A DNA stretch of 64,000 nucleotides from Bacilli bacterium. Its GTDB lineage: Bacteria; Bacillota_I; Bacilli_A; RFN20; CAG-826. The notes below the pieces were generated by a model that had not been told where the DNA came from, made no database searches, and worked only from the letters and a program-made list of their open reading frames with translations. Shown here in pieces: positions 19,718-29,473 of the stretch. The stretch's first letter is position 1. The number at the start of each line of letters is the position of its first letter. Location: assembly GCA_045222195.1 (NCBI GenBank), contig JBGUXN010000028.1:41045-105044 (forward strand), read 5' to 3'. The translations under genes and the position numbers were made by a program.

Positions 19718-20668
19718 ATGAAAGGGAAATTATTTAAACAAATCGCCGCGATTGTGGGCGTTGTTACTTTCTTAATTATTACTGATGTGTTTATCTATTT
19801 CGTTTTCACTAATAGATGTATCAATGATTTCTCTAGCCAGATGCAGGCGAAAAGCGTGGAAGTTGATGAATACTTACCTTTCGCTAGTGAAACAAAGATT
19901 GTGAAAAAAGAAGGCACAAAATTAGAAGGTGACTTGCCCGTTATTGATGGGGCTGCTGCATTAGTGCCTGTCTTCAATTCATTTGTTTATTCTTTATATC
20001 CAGAAAGTTCCGTTAAATATGAAAACGGTGACTTTACTAGTGATTCCGCGCTGCAATATCACAATACACGTGGCGCTTTTAAAGGCATTGTAGATGGAGA
20101 TATCGATATCGCATTCTGCGCTAAACCAAACGATGAACAAGTACAATATGGTTTAGATAAAGGTGTGGAATTAGAACTCACCCCTATCGGCAGAGAAGCG
20201 TTTGTCTTCTTAGTGAATACTAAAAATCCAGTGGATAACTTATCGATGCAAGAGTTAAAAGATATTTTCACTGGTAAGATTACAAACTGGAAAGATGTCG
20301 GTGGCATGAACCGCCCTATCAATGTTGTACAAAGAAATAAAGGTTCTGGTTCGCAAACTGCTTTAGAAAAGTTGATTGGTGAAGAGATTAAACCAAACTT
20401 CTTTGGCCCATTAGGGGGCTCTATTGGTTTCTCATTTAGATTTTATGTTGAAGAATTAACTAAACACGGCCATATCAAAATGCTTAAGCTAAATGACGTC
20501 TATCCAGATAGAGATCATGTTCAAGATAACTCCTATCCAATCGTTTCTAATTTCTACGCCGTCACTAGAAAAGGTGAAACAAATCCTAATGTCCAAAAGG
20601 TCTTAGACTTTGTCTTAGGACCAACTGGTCAAGAGATTATTAACGAAGTCGGATACGTCGGATTATAA
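19718..20668 (+). CDS. PstS-like periplasmic phosphate-binding domain protein (orphan, N-terminal TM anchor)
   Basis: PBP-superfamily/PstS-like segments (GSGSQTALEKLIG, VGYVGL tail); AAAGGAG RBS before ATG 19718; no pstCAB adjacent. Confidence 0.55.
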   Translation: MKGKLFKQIAAIVGVVTFLIITDVFIYFVFTNRCINDFSSQMQAKSVEVDEYLPFASETKIVKKEGTKLEGDLPVIDGAAALVPVFNSFVYSLYPESSVKYENGDFTSDSALQYHNTRGAFKGIVDGDIDIAFCAKPNDEQVQYGLDKGVELELTPIGREAFVFLVNTKNPVDNLSMQELKDIFTGKITNWKDVGGMNRPINVVQRNKGSGSQTALEKLIGEEIKPNFFGPLGGSIGFSFRFYVEELTKHGHIKMLKLNDVYPDRDHVQDNSYPIVSNFYAVTRKGETNPNVQKVLDFVLGPTGQEIINEVGYVGL

Positions 20669-20689
20669 AAGAAGTTAAACACATAACGC

Positions 20690-20716
20690 AGACTATATGG
20701 TCTGCTTTTTATTCAC
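20690..20716 (+). terminator. intrinsic terminator (GCAGAC-tatatg-GTCTGC + TTTTTATT)
   Basis: Directly after PstS-like stop. Confidence 0.5.
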
Positions 20717-20787
20717 TTTTGAATTGCTGTTTGATTGCTATTGTATGCATTTCGATATACAATAATAGTAGAAAGGAGGTAAATAAT

Positions 20788-21096
20788 ATGCCAAATACCG
20801 CAGCAGTCTATGCACGAATTGATCCACAACTCAAAAAAGAAGTAGAAGCAATTTTAAACGAATTAAATGTCACGCCCTCCTCGTTAATTCAAATGTTGTA
20901 TGGACAAATCAAATTAACTAAAGGCATACCCTTTGAGGTAAAGCTTCCAAGTAAAGAGCCACTATTCCTCAATGAAATGACAGATGAAGAATTAGAGGCT
21001 GAATTAGAAAGAAGAACGAAAGAAATTGACGACGGAAAAACGTACACCGGCGAAGAAGTCGACAAAACTCTCAAAGAAAAGCACGGAATTAAATGA
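20788..21096 (+). CDS. RelB/DinJ-family antitoxin with extra C-terminal addiction-module-like tail; no cognate toxin adjacent
   Basis: ATG 20788 with AAAGGAGGT RBS; N-terminus ARIDPQLKKEVEAILNELNVTPSSLIQMLYGQIKLTKGIPFEV is classic RelB/DinJ; tail DEELEAELERRTKEIDDGKTYTGEEV resembles the antitoxin-component family; upstream -35 TTGCTA / 17 / TACAAT. Confidence 0.7.
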   Translation: MPNTAAVYARIDPQLKKEVEAILNELNVTPSSLIQMLYGQIKLTKGIPFEVKLPSKEPLFLNEMTDEELEAELERRTKEIDDGKTYTGEEVDKTLKEKHGIK

Positions 21097-21184
21097 TTAG
21101 GTATTATGTGCTTTATTCTTCAAGAGTAATCGAAGATTTGGCGAACATATTTAGATAAACTAATTAATTAAACGAATATGAAAA

Positions 21185-21216
21185 AGGAGCTTAATGCTCC
21201 TTTTCAATTTCTTTTT
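21185..21216. terminator. bidirectional terminator (AAAAAGGAGC-ttaat-GCTCCTTTT)
   Basis: A-tract / hairpin / T-tract between convergent relB-like and isochorismatase genes. Confidence 0.5.
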
Positions 21217-21225
21217 ACTTATAAA

Positions 21226-21777
21226 TTACTTTTTGAATAAATCGAACAATTCTTTGTTGGTATAGTTTGGTGCGCCATAAGTTTCTTTGGCGTATTTCAA
21301 ACCATATAAGTAATCTTCTTCGGTGAATGAATTTGTGGCTTCATTAGCAAAGATGACATCGTAATTGTTTTGATAGGCATCCGCAGCAGTATGTCTGCAG
21401 CACATATGAGTGTGTAAGCCAGTGATGATAACTGTGGTCACGCCTAATTCTTTAAGTAATAAATCTAAGTCGGTTTGGAAGAAGCCAGAATATCTTCTCT
21501 TTGGCACGATATAATCCTTTTCATTAACTGGTAATTCAGGAATGATTTCGGCACCCCAAGTACCTTTAATAGCGTGGTCACCCCATAACTTTAATTCGTT
21601 ATCGATGCCCTTATAGTGGCAGTCATTACAGAAGATAACTGGAATATCGTTTTTTCTCGCGTTATCTAACAATTCCCCTAATGGCTTAACGATGGCTTTA
21701 GCTCTATCACAACCGATGACACCAGTTACAAAGTCATTGAGCATATCGACTACTAAGACGGCGTATTTTTTGCTCAT
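21226..21777 (-). CDS. isochorismatase-family cysteine hydrolase (nicotinamidase-like)
   Basis: 183 aa from ATG 21777 (GGAGG RBS): YAVLVVDMLNDF..., catalytic Cys region FANEATN...; the track's 7-aa N-extension lacks an RBS. Confidence 0.8.
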   Translation of the reverse strand: MSKKYAVLVVDMLNDFVTGVIGCDRAKAIVKPLGELLDNARKNDIPVIFCNDCHYKGIDNELKLWGDHAIKGTWGAEIIPELPVNEKDYIVPKRRYSGFFQTDLDLLLKELGVTTVIITGLHTHMCCRHTAADAYQNNYDVIFANEATNSFTEEDYLYGLKYAKETYGAPNYTNKELFDLFKK

Positions 21778-21896
21778 AATTTGGTCCTCCAAACACATTG
21801 ATTTTAATTTTAATTATATTGATGTAAATGTAAATAATTTTTTAAAAATAAAAAGCCACGATTTGTTAGACCGTGGCGATATTTTTTTATTTATTA

Positions 21897-22643
21897 CTAT
21901 TTAGCTTTACCTTGATTGGCAACGGCTTCCATTTGTTTTTTGAGTTCTTCTTCATCCATTAAGTAGTAATGGTTGATAGCTTTCATATTGTCATCGAATT
22001 CATAAACAAGTGGGACACCGGTTGGGATATTAACACCAACGATTTCTTCGTCCGCCATATTGTCAAAGTATTTAACTAAAGCTCTTAAAGAGTTACCGTG
22101 AGCAACGATAAGGACTCTCTTACCAGCTTCCATTTCTGGTTTAATAACTTCTTCAAAATATGGGACGGCTCTTTTAACTGTTAATTCTAATGATTCGTTT
22201 AATGGGAGATCTTTTGGATCAACGTCTCTGAATTGGGCTTGTAAAGCTGGGTTACGTGGATCATCTTTTTCAAGAGCTGGAGGTGGGCAATCATAGCTTC
22301 TTCTCCAAATCTTAACTTGTTCTTCACCATATTTAGCGGCGGTTTCCGCTTTATTTAAACCTTGAAGAGCGCCGTAATGACGTTCATTTAATCTCCAGGA
22401 TTTATAAACTGGGAGCCATTCTCTATCGAGTTCAAATAAGACGTTATTCATTGTGTGGATAGCTCTTTTTAAAAGTGATGTATGAACGACATCAAAGTCA
22501 TAACCCTTTTCTTTTAATGTCTTACCAGCGCGGTGTGCTTCTTCAACACCTTTTTCGCTTAAATCAACATCGGTCCAACCTGTGAAAAGATTTAACTTAT
22601 TCCATTCTGATTCACCGTGTCTAATTAGTACTAATTTATGCAT
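21897..22643 (-). CDS. gpmA: 2,3-bisphosphoglycerate-dependent phosphoglycerate mutase
   Basis: [10 protein letters not shown] histidine-phosphatase motif, 248 aa, GGAGG RBS. Confidence 0.9.
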   Translation of the reverse strand: MHKLVLIRHGESEWNKLNLFTGWTDVDLSEKGVEEAHRAGKTLKEKGYDFDVVHTSLLKRAIHTMNNVLFELDREWLPVYKSWRLNERHYGALQGLNKAETAAKYGEEQVKIWRRSYDCPPPALEKDDPRNPALQAQFRDVDPKDLPLNESLELTVKRAVPYFEEVIKPEMEAGKRVLIVAHGNSLRALVKYFDNMADEEIVGVNIPTGVPLVYEFDDNMKAINHYYLMDEEELKKQMEAVANQGKAK

Positions 22644-22707
22644 AATTAGTCCTCCATTCCTGCTACATTATACTTTTATTTGCTCATTTTTAAAATGAGA
22701 AATGCAA

Positions 22708-23721
22708 TTATTTATTAGCAGTAAACATACGGAGGAATTCTTGGCTTCTTTTTCCCTTTGGATTAGCGAAAAACTCTTCGCTTGGGCCACTTTCTACGAT
22801 GTAACCATCTTCCATGAACACTACCCTATTGGCGACTTTTCTAGCAAAGTTCATTTCATGGGTAACCACAATCATGGTTCTACCTTCACTAGCGAGTTTC
22901 TTCATAACTTCCAATACTTCTTGTGCCATTTCTGGGTCTAACGCGGATGTTGGTTCATCAAATAAAATGATATCTGGATCCATGCATAACGCTCTAGCGA
23001 TAGCCACTCTTTGTTTTTGACCACCACTTAAGGCTCTTGGACGATAGTTCATTCTATCTTGCATATTAACGTTAGCGAGTTCTTTAAACGCTCTTTGTTT
23101 AGATTCTTCTCTTGAACGATGCAAGACTCTTTCCTGCGCTAATGTGCAGTTTCTTAAAACATCCATGTTGTTAAAGAGATTGAAGTTTTGGAAAACCATG
23201 GTCATTTTGGTTCTTAATTTATTTTTACCAGCTTCGCCAACTGATAGAGTTGGATGTTCTTTAATAAAAGCGTCATACGACTTTTGATCGAAGTAATCGA
23301 TTTTATTCGGTTTTGTTTTTAAAGTGGCTTTATATATCTTTTTACATTCTTTGATCTTTTGCTTATTATTTTTAGATCTATCGCCTTCGATTCTTAAATT
23401 TTGAGCGATCGCTAAGTTATCTTCAGCGTCTACGATGCGCACATTATAGTCCGCTTTCGCGGCTCTATACTTTGTATAATCCACAAAATCATCCTTACAT
23501 TTTTCGATGGAGAAATATTGATGACCTTCAAAAGACAATGTTCCTCTGGTTGGCTCTTCTAAGAGGTTTAAACATCTTAAAAACGTTGATTTTCCGGAAC
23601 CGCTTGGGCCGATAATCGCTATCACGTCCCCTTTGTTTACCGTTAAATTGATATCCTTTAAAACCTTAGTGGCATCAAAGAATTTAGCGAGGTTTTTAAC
23701 TTCTAACATTACTTCACTCAT
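22708..23721 (-). CDS. polar amino-acid ABC transporter ATP-binding protein with ~100-aa insertion
   Basis: Walker [10 protein letters not shown], signature [15 protein letters not shown], Walker [12 protein letters not shown]; long K-rich insertion between Walker A and Q-loop; start ATG overlaps permease stop (ATGA). Confidence 0.85.
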   Translation of the reverse strand: MSEVMLEVKNLAKFFDATKVLKDINLTVNKGDVIAIIGPSGSGKSTFLRCLNLLEEPTRGTLSFEGHQYFSIEKCKDDFVDYTKYRAAKADYNVRIVDAEDNLAIAQNLRIEGDRSKNNKQKIKECKKIYKATLKTKPNKIDYFDQKSYDAFIKEHPTLSVGEAGKNKLRTKMTMVFQNFNLFNNMDVLRNCTLAQERVLHRSREESKQRAFKELANVNMQDRMNYRPRALSGGQKQRVAIARALCMDPDIILFDEPTSALDPEMAQEVLEVMKKLASEGRTMIVVTHEMNFARKVANRVVFMEDGYIVESGPSEEFFANPKGKRSQEFLRMFTANK

Positions 23722-24503
23722 AACAAACTCCTCTTCCACCTACTAAATGGGTTTAAAGAAATCTTTTGACCATCTAACTTCTTCTCGATTAGTTTTAAGA
23801 CTAACGCTGCAAGTAAAGTCATTATTAAATAAATAACCGCGAGTAAGGCATAGCCTTCTAAATAGGCATATGTTCTCACAGAGATCTTACCAATGCGATA
23901 GTAAAGTTCAGTTGTGGCGATAACATTCAAGACTGAAGAGTCTTTAATATTAACGATTAATTCGTTGCCAATTGTTGGCAATGCATTTCTAATGGCTTGA
24001 GGAAGTATCACAAAGAATGATGTTTCACTAGATTTCATGCCTAAGCTTCTAGCGCCTTCTACTTGTCCCTTATCAACACCGTTTAAACCTGATTGCACGA
24101 TTTCCGCCATATAGGCAGCGGTATTAAATGTAATAACAATTAAGCCTGCTAAGAACCAACCATTTAAAACGTTATTAATTGCACCAGCAAATCTAATGTT
24201 GTCCCAGTTAAGACCACAAGCGGCACATCCATACTTGAAGATGAGGGCTTGCACCATCATTGGTGTGCCTCTTAAGACAACGGAATATATCGTGCATATC
24301 CATCTAATGACATGCATCCAGAATGCCGCAAACTTATTTGTGGTGCCTCTTGGTTTTAAGTTTTTGCCATAGGCAATAAACACACCTAAAATGAGGCCCA
24401 CCACTGTGCCAAAAACGGACAGAATAAGCGTGGATAAAATACCCGCGAAGATTAATTCGCTATTTTCCGTTAATATGTTACCGATTCTTTCAAAACTGAA
24501 CAT
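23718..24503 (-). CDS. polar amino-acid ABC transporter permease (HisM/GlnP-type)
   Basis: 261 aa, EAA-like loop [28 protein letters not shown]. Confidence 0.85.
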   Translation of the reverse strand: MFSFERIGNILTENSELIFAGILSTLILSVFGTVVGLILGVFIAYGKNLKPRGTTNKFAAFWMHVIRWICTIYSVVLRGTPMMVQALIFKYGCAACGLNWDNIRFAGAINNVLNGWFLAGLIVITFNTAAYMAEIVQSGLNGVDKGQVEGARSLGMKSSETSFFVILPQAIRNALPTIGNELIVNIKDSSVLNVIATTELYYRIGKISVRTYAYLEGYALLAVIYLIMTLLAALVLKLIEKKLDGQKISLNPFSRWKRSLL

Positions 24504-24504
24504 A

Positions 24505-25374
24505 TTATGCAGCAGATCTTTGCGAAGCAGCTCCCATCATATCGCTTCTTCTAGCTTGAGATAATCTACCTAAAGAAGCATTGAGGTCATTTCTTAATTC
24601 ATCGTTACCTTTCTTGATACCGATATTAACTTTTAAACCTTCTAAATCACCTTCACTTAAGAAAGAGTAATCACAATATAAAACTGATAAGCCTTCTAAA
24701 TTACTAGCCATCGCTTCTACAACTGGAAGTTCCGCTGGCATAGCAAATGAAATACCTTGTTGGACGTCCATGGCAGCTAATGGATATGTTGGAAGAGGTG
24801 CGCTATGGTTGATGGTAACGCCTTCAGCGCTTACAAAGTAATCTTCAATAATATCATCGCCGACAACGCCGCTTTGACAGACTAAGCTCTTACCATTAAA
24901 TAAATTTAATAAGTCTTGGAAAGACGCTGGGTTAGAAGCAGAATTACCGGTTGGTAAATTTTCTGTTTTGATTAAGAAGGCTAAATCGCTTTCAAGATAT
25001 GGATCAGTAAAATCAATTGTTTGTCTTCTTTCAGCGGTACTAGACATACCCGCTAAAATCATGTTGATTGAATCGCTTTGTAATGAAGGGATTAAATCGT
25101 CCCAGTTGATTCTTTTAATAACTACTGGTCTATTTAAATCTTCTGATAGGTATCTAGCGATAGCGATATCATAACCATCAGCGAATTCAGATGTACCATC
25201 AATAGGTAAAGTAAATTCATTGGACTTAGATTGCGTCCAGTTGAATGGTTGATAGGCACATTCCATACCAATCACTAAAGTGTTGTTATTAACAGCATTA
25301 TTACCACACGCTGTTAAGTTAATAGCGGCCACCCCTAATAGAGATAAGCCTAAAACTAAAATTCTTTTTGACAT
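24505..25374 (-). CDS. amino-acid-binding lipoprotein (ABC substrate-binding protein)
   Basis: ATG 25374 with AGGAGG RBS; signal peptide + lipobox LTAC; type-2 periplasmic binding fold. Confidence 0.8.
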   Translation of the reverse strand: MSKRILVLGLSLLGVAAINLTACGNNAVNNNTLVIGMECAYQPFNWTQSKSNEFTLPIDGTSEFADGYDIAIARYLSEDLNRPVVIKRINWDDLIPSLQSDSINMILAGMSSTAERRQTIDFTDPYLESDLAFLIKTENLPTGNSASNPASFQDLLNLFNGKSLVCQSGVVGDDIIEDYFVSAEGVTINHSAPLPTYPLAAMDVQQGISFAMPAELPVVEAMASNLEGLSVLYCDYSFLSEGDLEGLKVNIGIKKGNDELRNDLNASLGRLSQARRSDMMGAASQRSAA

Positions 25375-25383
25375 AACGTCATC

Positions 25384-25606
25384 CTCCTTAGAAATAAAAA
25401 GATTGCATCTATCGAATGCAATCATCTAAGAGAATGACTCCATCGATAGCTCCTCTACAAGCTGTAGGAGTGTATAGGATGTTCTCTTATACCCCAACTA
25501 ATTTATATGCCTATAAACTGTTTCGGCGGTCTTACCTTTCTCTAGTTTCAACGGGTGCCCCCTCCACTAGGTACTATTTTGTACCGCTCCTCTATCAATC
25601 TTTATG
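25384..25606 (-). ncRNA. candidate lysine riboswitch (L-box) with terminator expression platform in the leader of the amino-acid ABC operon
   Basis: Minus-strand leader from -10 (TATAAT = RC of ~25614-25619; -35 TTTACA at 16-bp spacing) to the RBS. Ordered blocks: AGAGGAGCGG ... GUGGAGGGGG ... GAGAAAGGUAAGACCGCCGAAAC ... GGCAUAUAAAU ... GUAGAGGAGCUAUCG. Then intrinsic terminator GAUUGCAU-UCGAUA-GAUGCAAUC + UUUUUAUUU (plus ~25384-25415) ending ~8 nt before AGGAGG. Blocks resemble the L-box consensus as I remember it (AGAGGNGC...GAAAGG..CGCCGAAG...GGAGGGCUAUC); recalled, not computed. Confidence 0.45.
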
Positions 25607-25613
25607 CGTCTAA

Positions 25614-25641
25614 TTATAAGTGTTTTGTTTTGTTTGTAAAG
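25614..25641 (-). promoter_or_regulatory. sigma-A-type promoter for the riboswitch/ABC operon (TTTACA-16-TATAAT)
   Basis: RC of 25614-25641 = tttacaaacaaaacaaaacacttataat. Confidence 0.45.
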
Positions 25642-25726
25642 ATTAACGCTTTATTTATAACATTTTTATTCTTTTCATAACTCCTATCATTGAAGATTTT
25701 GTCTAAATGCTATTAAATATAGGCGT

Positions 25727-27403
25727 ATGAATGTAGAAGAATTAGTATTAAGCATTATTGTCTTGTTAGTAGGCGCCGCAGTGTTTATTGTGGGCATGAA
25801 CATGATGAGTTCTGGTCTAAAGAAATCAACAGGACCGGGATTAAGAAGATTATTAAAGAAAATTAGAAGAAATAGATTTGCTTGCTTTGGTATGGGTACC
25901 GCAGTAACCGCTTTGGTGCAAAGCAGCGCCGCGACTGGCGTTATGGCTATTGGTTTTATTAGTGCTGGCGCAATGACTGTATTTCAAGGCGTTAACATCA
26001 TCCTAGGTGCTTATGTTGGCACTACTGTGACTGGTTTAATTGCTTCTTTATCATCCATCAAGATTTCTAAATATTTTGTTGTATTGGCTGTCATAGGCGT
26101 TATCTTAATGTTCTTTAAAAAGGAACAAGTTAAGAACATTGGTGAAATCTTAGCCGGCTTAGGCATCTTGTTCTTTGGTTTAAGCACAATGAGCGGAGTT
26201 TTAAGTGAGGAGACTGGTAATTCAGATTTGATCAATGCTGTTAAAAGTTTCTTTGATGCGGTTGAATTTCCACTATTGCTTTTATTGATTGGTGCCATAG
26301 TCACCGCAATACTTCAATCCAGTTCCGCTTCCATTGGTATTACAGTGGCGATGGTTGCTTCTGGAACATTAGGATTTGAGCAAGCCGTGTATATCGTTCT
26401 AGGTGCCACAATCGGTACCGTTATTACTCTTTTAATTGCCACGATTGGTGGCAATGTCAATGTTAAACGCACTGGCGCAATTGTTTTAGTGATCCGTGTT
26501 TTAGCCGCTTTAGTGGCTTTAGCAATTTATTGGCCATTACATCAATACATCAATACTGGTTTCCGTACTGTCTTTGCCGATAACAATGCTTTAGCCATTG
26601 CAGTATTCCATGTTATTTATAACATTATCTTTATGATTGCCGCCCTTCCACTCGTGGGACCACTAGAAAAATTAATGGTTAAGGTGATTAGAGATAAAGA
26701 TGAAGAAGAAAAGAAGAAAGCTATTAAGTTCATTGATAAGCGCTTACTTAACACTCCTACTGTTGCGTTAATGCAAGTTAAAAAAGAAATTATCAACATG
26801 ATGCAATTAGCGCATGAAAACTTAAAATTAGGATTTAATAGACTTCTAACTCAAGATCCTTCTAAAGATAAAGAATTAATCGAAACCGAAGATAAGATTG
26901 ACTACATCAATAATCAAATCACTACCTTCTTAATTGAATTAACAAACAAATTATCAAGCGCGGATGAAGTAACAGCAGGTAGCTATTTCCACGTTGTTAA
27001 CGATATTGAGCGTATTGGTGACCACGCTTATAACTTCTATGAACAATCACTTAAAATGGTTGATAATGATTTATCATTCTCTGATACCGCGAAAAAAGAA
27101 TTCCAAGAAATGTTTAAAGTGGTTGATAAGATGTTTGATCTAGCCTATGCCATATTCGATAATCAAACACGTGTTAACTTAAAGAAATTACACGACTTAG
27201 AAGATAAGACTGATGATCTTAAAAATAAATTAAGTAATGCTCACTACGAGAGAATCCAAAAGAACTTATGTAAGATGGAAAATTCTCCATTCTACACCAC
27301 TCTTGTTAGTGAACTTGAAAGAGTCGCTGACCACTTAGTAAACGTTGGTTATTCCATCGTTAATCCAACTGGTGACGATATCTTCAAAAAGAAAGAAGCA
27401 TAA
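25727..27403 (+). CDS. Na+/phosphate cotransporter family protein with C-terminal PhoU-like domains
   Basis: 558 aa; NptA-type membrane domain followed by two PhoU-like helical repeats (DHAYNFYEQS..., RVADHLVNVGYS). Confidence 0.8.
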   Translation: MNVEELVLSIIVLLVGAAVFIVGMNMMSSGLKKSTGPGLRRLLKKIRRNRFACFGMGTAVTALVQSSAATGVMAIGFISAGAMTVFQGVNIILGAYVGTTVTGLIASLSSIKISKYFVVLAVIGVILMFFKKEQVKNIGEILAGLGILFFGLSTMSGVLSEETGNSDLINAVKSFFDAVEFPLLLLLIGAIVTAILQSSSASIGITVAMVASGTLGFEQAVYIVLGATIGTVITLLIATIGGNVNVKRTGAIVLVIRVLAALVALAIYWPLHQYINTGFRTVFADNNALAIAVFHVIYNIIFMIAALPLVGPLEKLMVKVIRDKDEEEKKKAIKFIDKRLLNTPTVALMQVKKEIINMMQLAHENLKLGFNRLLTQDPSKDKELIETEDKIDYINNQITTFLIELTNKLSSADEVTAGSYFHVVNDIERIGDHAYNFYEQSLKMVDNDLSFSDTAKKEFQEMFKVVDKMFDLAYAIFDNQTRVNLKKLHDLEDKTDDLKNKLSNAHYERIQKNLCKMENSPFYTTLVSELERVADHLVNVGYSIVNPTGDDIFKKKEA

Positions 27404-27407
27404 AGAA

Positions 27408-27437
27408 AAGGGCTTGGAACTCCAAACCCTTTTTTAA
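27408..27437. terminator. bidirectional terminator (AAAAGGG-cttggaactccaaa-CCCTTTTTT)
   Basis: Between convergent genes. Confidence 0.5.
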
Positions 27438-27448
27438 TGTTGTTTTTA

Positions 27449-29272
27449 TTATGCTTTAACAGATAATTTGAAGACGTCTAAGCTTGGTAATCCGCCACTA
27501 AGTACAACGACAAGAGTGTTTTCGCCCGCTTGAACATTGACATCACCAATAACGACTTCACTCATTGGGTTAGACATCATGCTGCCACCTTCTGGGAATG
27601 CGGCTTCGCCAACATTAACAGCTTGTTCGTTAAGTGTGATTGTCATAATATCCGCTAAAATTTGGGCTTCATAACCAGAGTAGTCTGATTTCATTGCGCT
27701 AGAGGCACCAACAACGGATAAGACCATTGTTTGAGTAGCTGTAGCGGTGAATTTGAATGTTAATGTTAATGAATCAATACCATAACCAGTAACGTAAGCA
27801 CCACCACTGTGGACTTCGGAACCACCCCAGCCACCTTGGCCACCATCTTGCATAATCATTGGTTGACCTTGTACATAACCACCTGGTTCAATATCTGCTA
27901 ATTCTTCTGCGGCTTCGGCTTCTAAAAGAATTTGACCAGCAACTGGTTTTGGATTAACGGTAATTTCAACTTGAACTGAATAGAAGCCTTCTTTCTTGGC
28001 TCTGATATTGACTCTGCCCATCTTAACACCAGTCACAACGCCAGTTTGATCAACTGTCGCCACTGTTTCATCTAAAGACATCCAGGTAACACCAGCTTCA
28101 CTAGCGTTTAATTGAATTGTTTGTTCTTCAATAACTTCAATTTCAGTAGCGGTAATTTCAATTTGTGTCTTGGCTGTTGGAGCAACTAAAGCGATTTTTG
28201 CATCGCCAGCATAAAGATGAATTTCGTTTAAGAAGATATTTGTTTCCGCTAAGAATGAGAATTCTAAGGTATTTTCAGCGGCTAACAAGTTTTGCTCACC
28301 TAACGATAATTCAGCAAATGTGAGAGTGTTACCCCAATCACCTGCGTGAGCTTCTAAAGTAATAGCGCTAAGATCGATAGCGGCTTCATTTAATTTAATA
28401 GCCATAACTTCGCTTAGTTTGACTTCGTCACTATTACCAACATCTAAAACGATTTCTGCTTTATTCGCTTTATCAGATGTAAATTTAACAGTTTCCTTGT
28501 CGCCTACACCAAAACCACCGATAAATGTTTCAGGGTTTTCTTCTTGTTGGCCCCAAGACATATTTTGTGCAATTGGAGACCAGCCAACGATTTGTTGCAT
28601 GGCAAACATACCGCCACCACCAAGTTCCCACCAACCATCAGCGGAATAGTGATCTGCGCCAGTAGTTAAATCAATCATTAAGTTAGCTTCTGGTCTAATA
28701 ACGCTCAAGCCAATTGAACCATCGTTAAAGCCTTGTTTAGATGCTTTAATGGTGACTTCGCCAAAGGAAATAGCGCTCACTTTACCGGTTTGATCAACTT
28801 TTGCAACTGCTTCATCGCTTGATGACCAAGTAACACCACTTTGGTCAGCTGTTAATTGCAAGGTTTGACCAACAACGATTGTTTTGGCGTCGCCCGCTGC
28901 GGTAATGGTAATTTTCTCTAAATCGACATTGATGGTAATAGTACCGTCTTTATAGCCTTCTCTAGAAGCGGTAATGGTTGTTTTACCAACAGCTTTAGAT
29001 TCCACTAAGCCAGTGGCACTAACTGTTGCAACGGTTGCATCGCTACTTGCCCAAGCAACGCCTTGAACAGAAGCGGTTAACTGCACGCTTTGACCAAGAA
29101 TGAGCTTTGTTTTGCCACCCTCGGCTTCAATTTTGATTTTTTCTTCTTTGCCTGGCACTTGTGATTGTTGACCTGATTGATCTTGGTCGTTACTTGGACT
29201 ACCACCACAAGCTGCAACGCCAAATAAAAGGCCTAGCATTGCAAGAGGAAGAAGAATTCTTGTCTTTTTCAT
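27449..29272 (-). CDS. Big_2-domain surface lipoprotein, paralog 2
   Basis: 607 aa; signal + lipobox VAACG, Q/S/G linker, three Big_2-type repeats (GQSVQLTASV...ATVSATGLV..), middle domain GADHYSADGWWELGGGG..., C-terminal domain of unknown fold. Confidence 0.75.
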   Translation of the reverse strand: MKKTRILLPLAMLGLLFGVAACGGSPSNDQDQSGQQSQVPGKEEKIKIEAEGGKTKLILGQSVQLTASVQGVAWASSDATVATVSATGLVESKAVGKTTITASREGYKDGTITINVDLEKITITAAGDAKTIVVGQTLQLTADQSGVTWSSSDEAVAKVDQTGKVSAISFGEVTIKASKQGFNDGSIGLSVIRPEANLMIDLTTGADHYSADGWWELGGGGMFAMQQIVGWSPIAQNMSWGQQEENPETFIGGFGVGDKETVKFTSDKANKAEIVLDVGNSDEVKLSEVMAIKLNEAAIDLSAITLEAHAGDWGNTLTFAELSLGEQNLLAAENTLEFSFLAETNIFLNEIHLYAGDAKIALVAPTAKTQIEITATEIEVIEEQTIQLNASEAGVTWMSLDETVATVDQTGVVTGVKMGRVNIRAKKEGFYSVQVEITVNPKPVAGQILLEAEAAEELADIEPGGYVQGQPMIMQDGGQGGWGGSEVHSGGAYVTGYGIDSLTLTFKFTATATQTMVLSVVGASSAMKSDYSGYEAQILADIMTITLNEQAVNVGEAAFPEGGSMMSNPMSEVVIGDVNVQAGENTLVVVLSGGLPSLDVFKLSVKA

Positions 29273-29424
29273 TTTAAGTTACCCTTTCTTTGAAAAAATC
29301 CTTTATAAAGACAGCAAAATAACAAAACATCATAAAAAGAATAGTTGTGGTTATAAAGTGCCTTTATCTATAACCATTATAGCCTTTTGATACTTTGAAC
29401 GATTAAAAAATTTATTACAAATAA

Positions 29425-29460
29425 AAGCTCGGAAAATGAATTCCGAGCAATTTGTTTTGA
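29425..29460. terminator. bidirectional terminator (GCTCGGAA-aatgaa-TTCCGAGC flanked by A/T tracts)
   Basis: Between the two lipoprotein genes. Confidence 0.5.
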
Positions 29461-29473
29461 TTGTATCAATCAA

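Noticed and set aside
25395-25606. T-box or SAM-I riboswitch as identity of the ABC-operon leader
   Set aside because: No T-box consensus (AAUUAGGGUGGNACCGCG) next to the terminator and no specifier-loop/AG-box arrangement. SAM-I shares GUGGAGGG..CCCG.UGAAAC but lacks the GCAACC and P1 CUCUUAUC elements. The lysine riboswitch fits better, but computational confirmation is needed.
25416-25613. 65-aa plus-strand ORF over the ABC-operon leader
   Set aside because: Lies on the opposite strand of a structured leader RNA (candidate riboswitch). No RBS and junk-like sequence.
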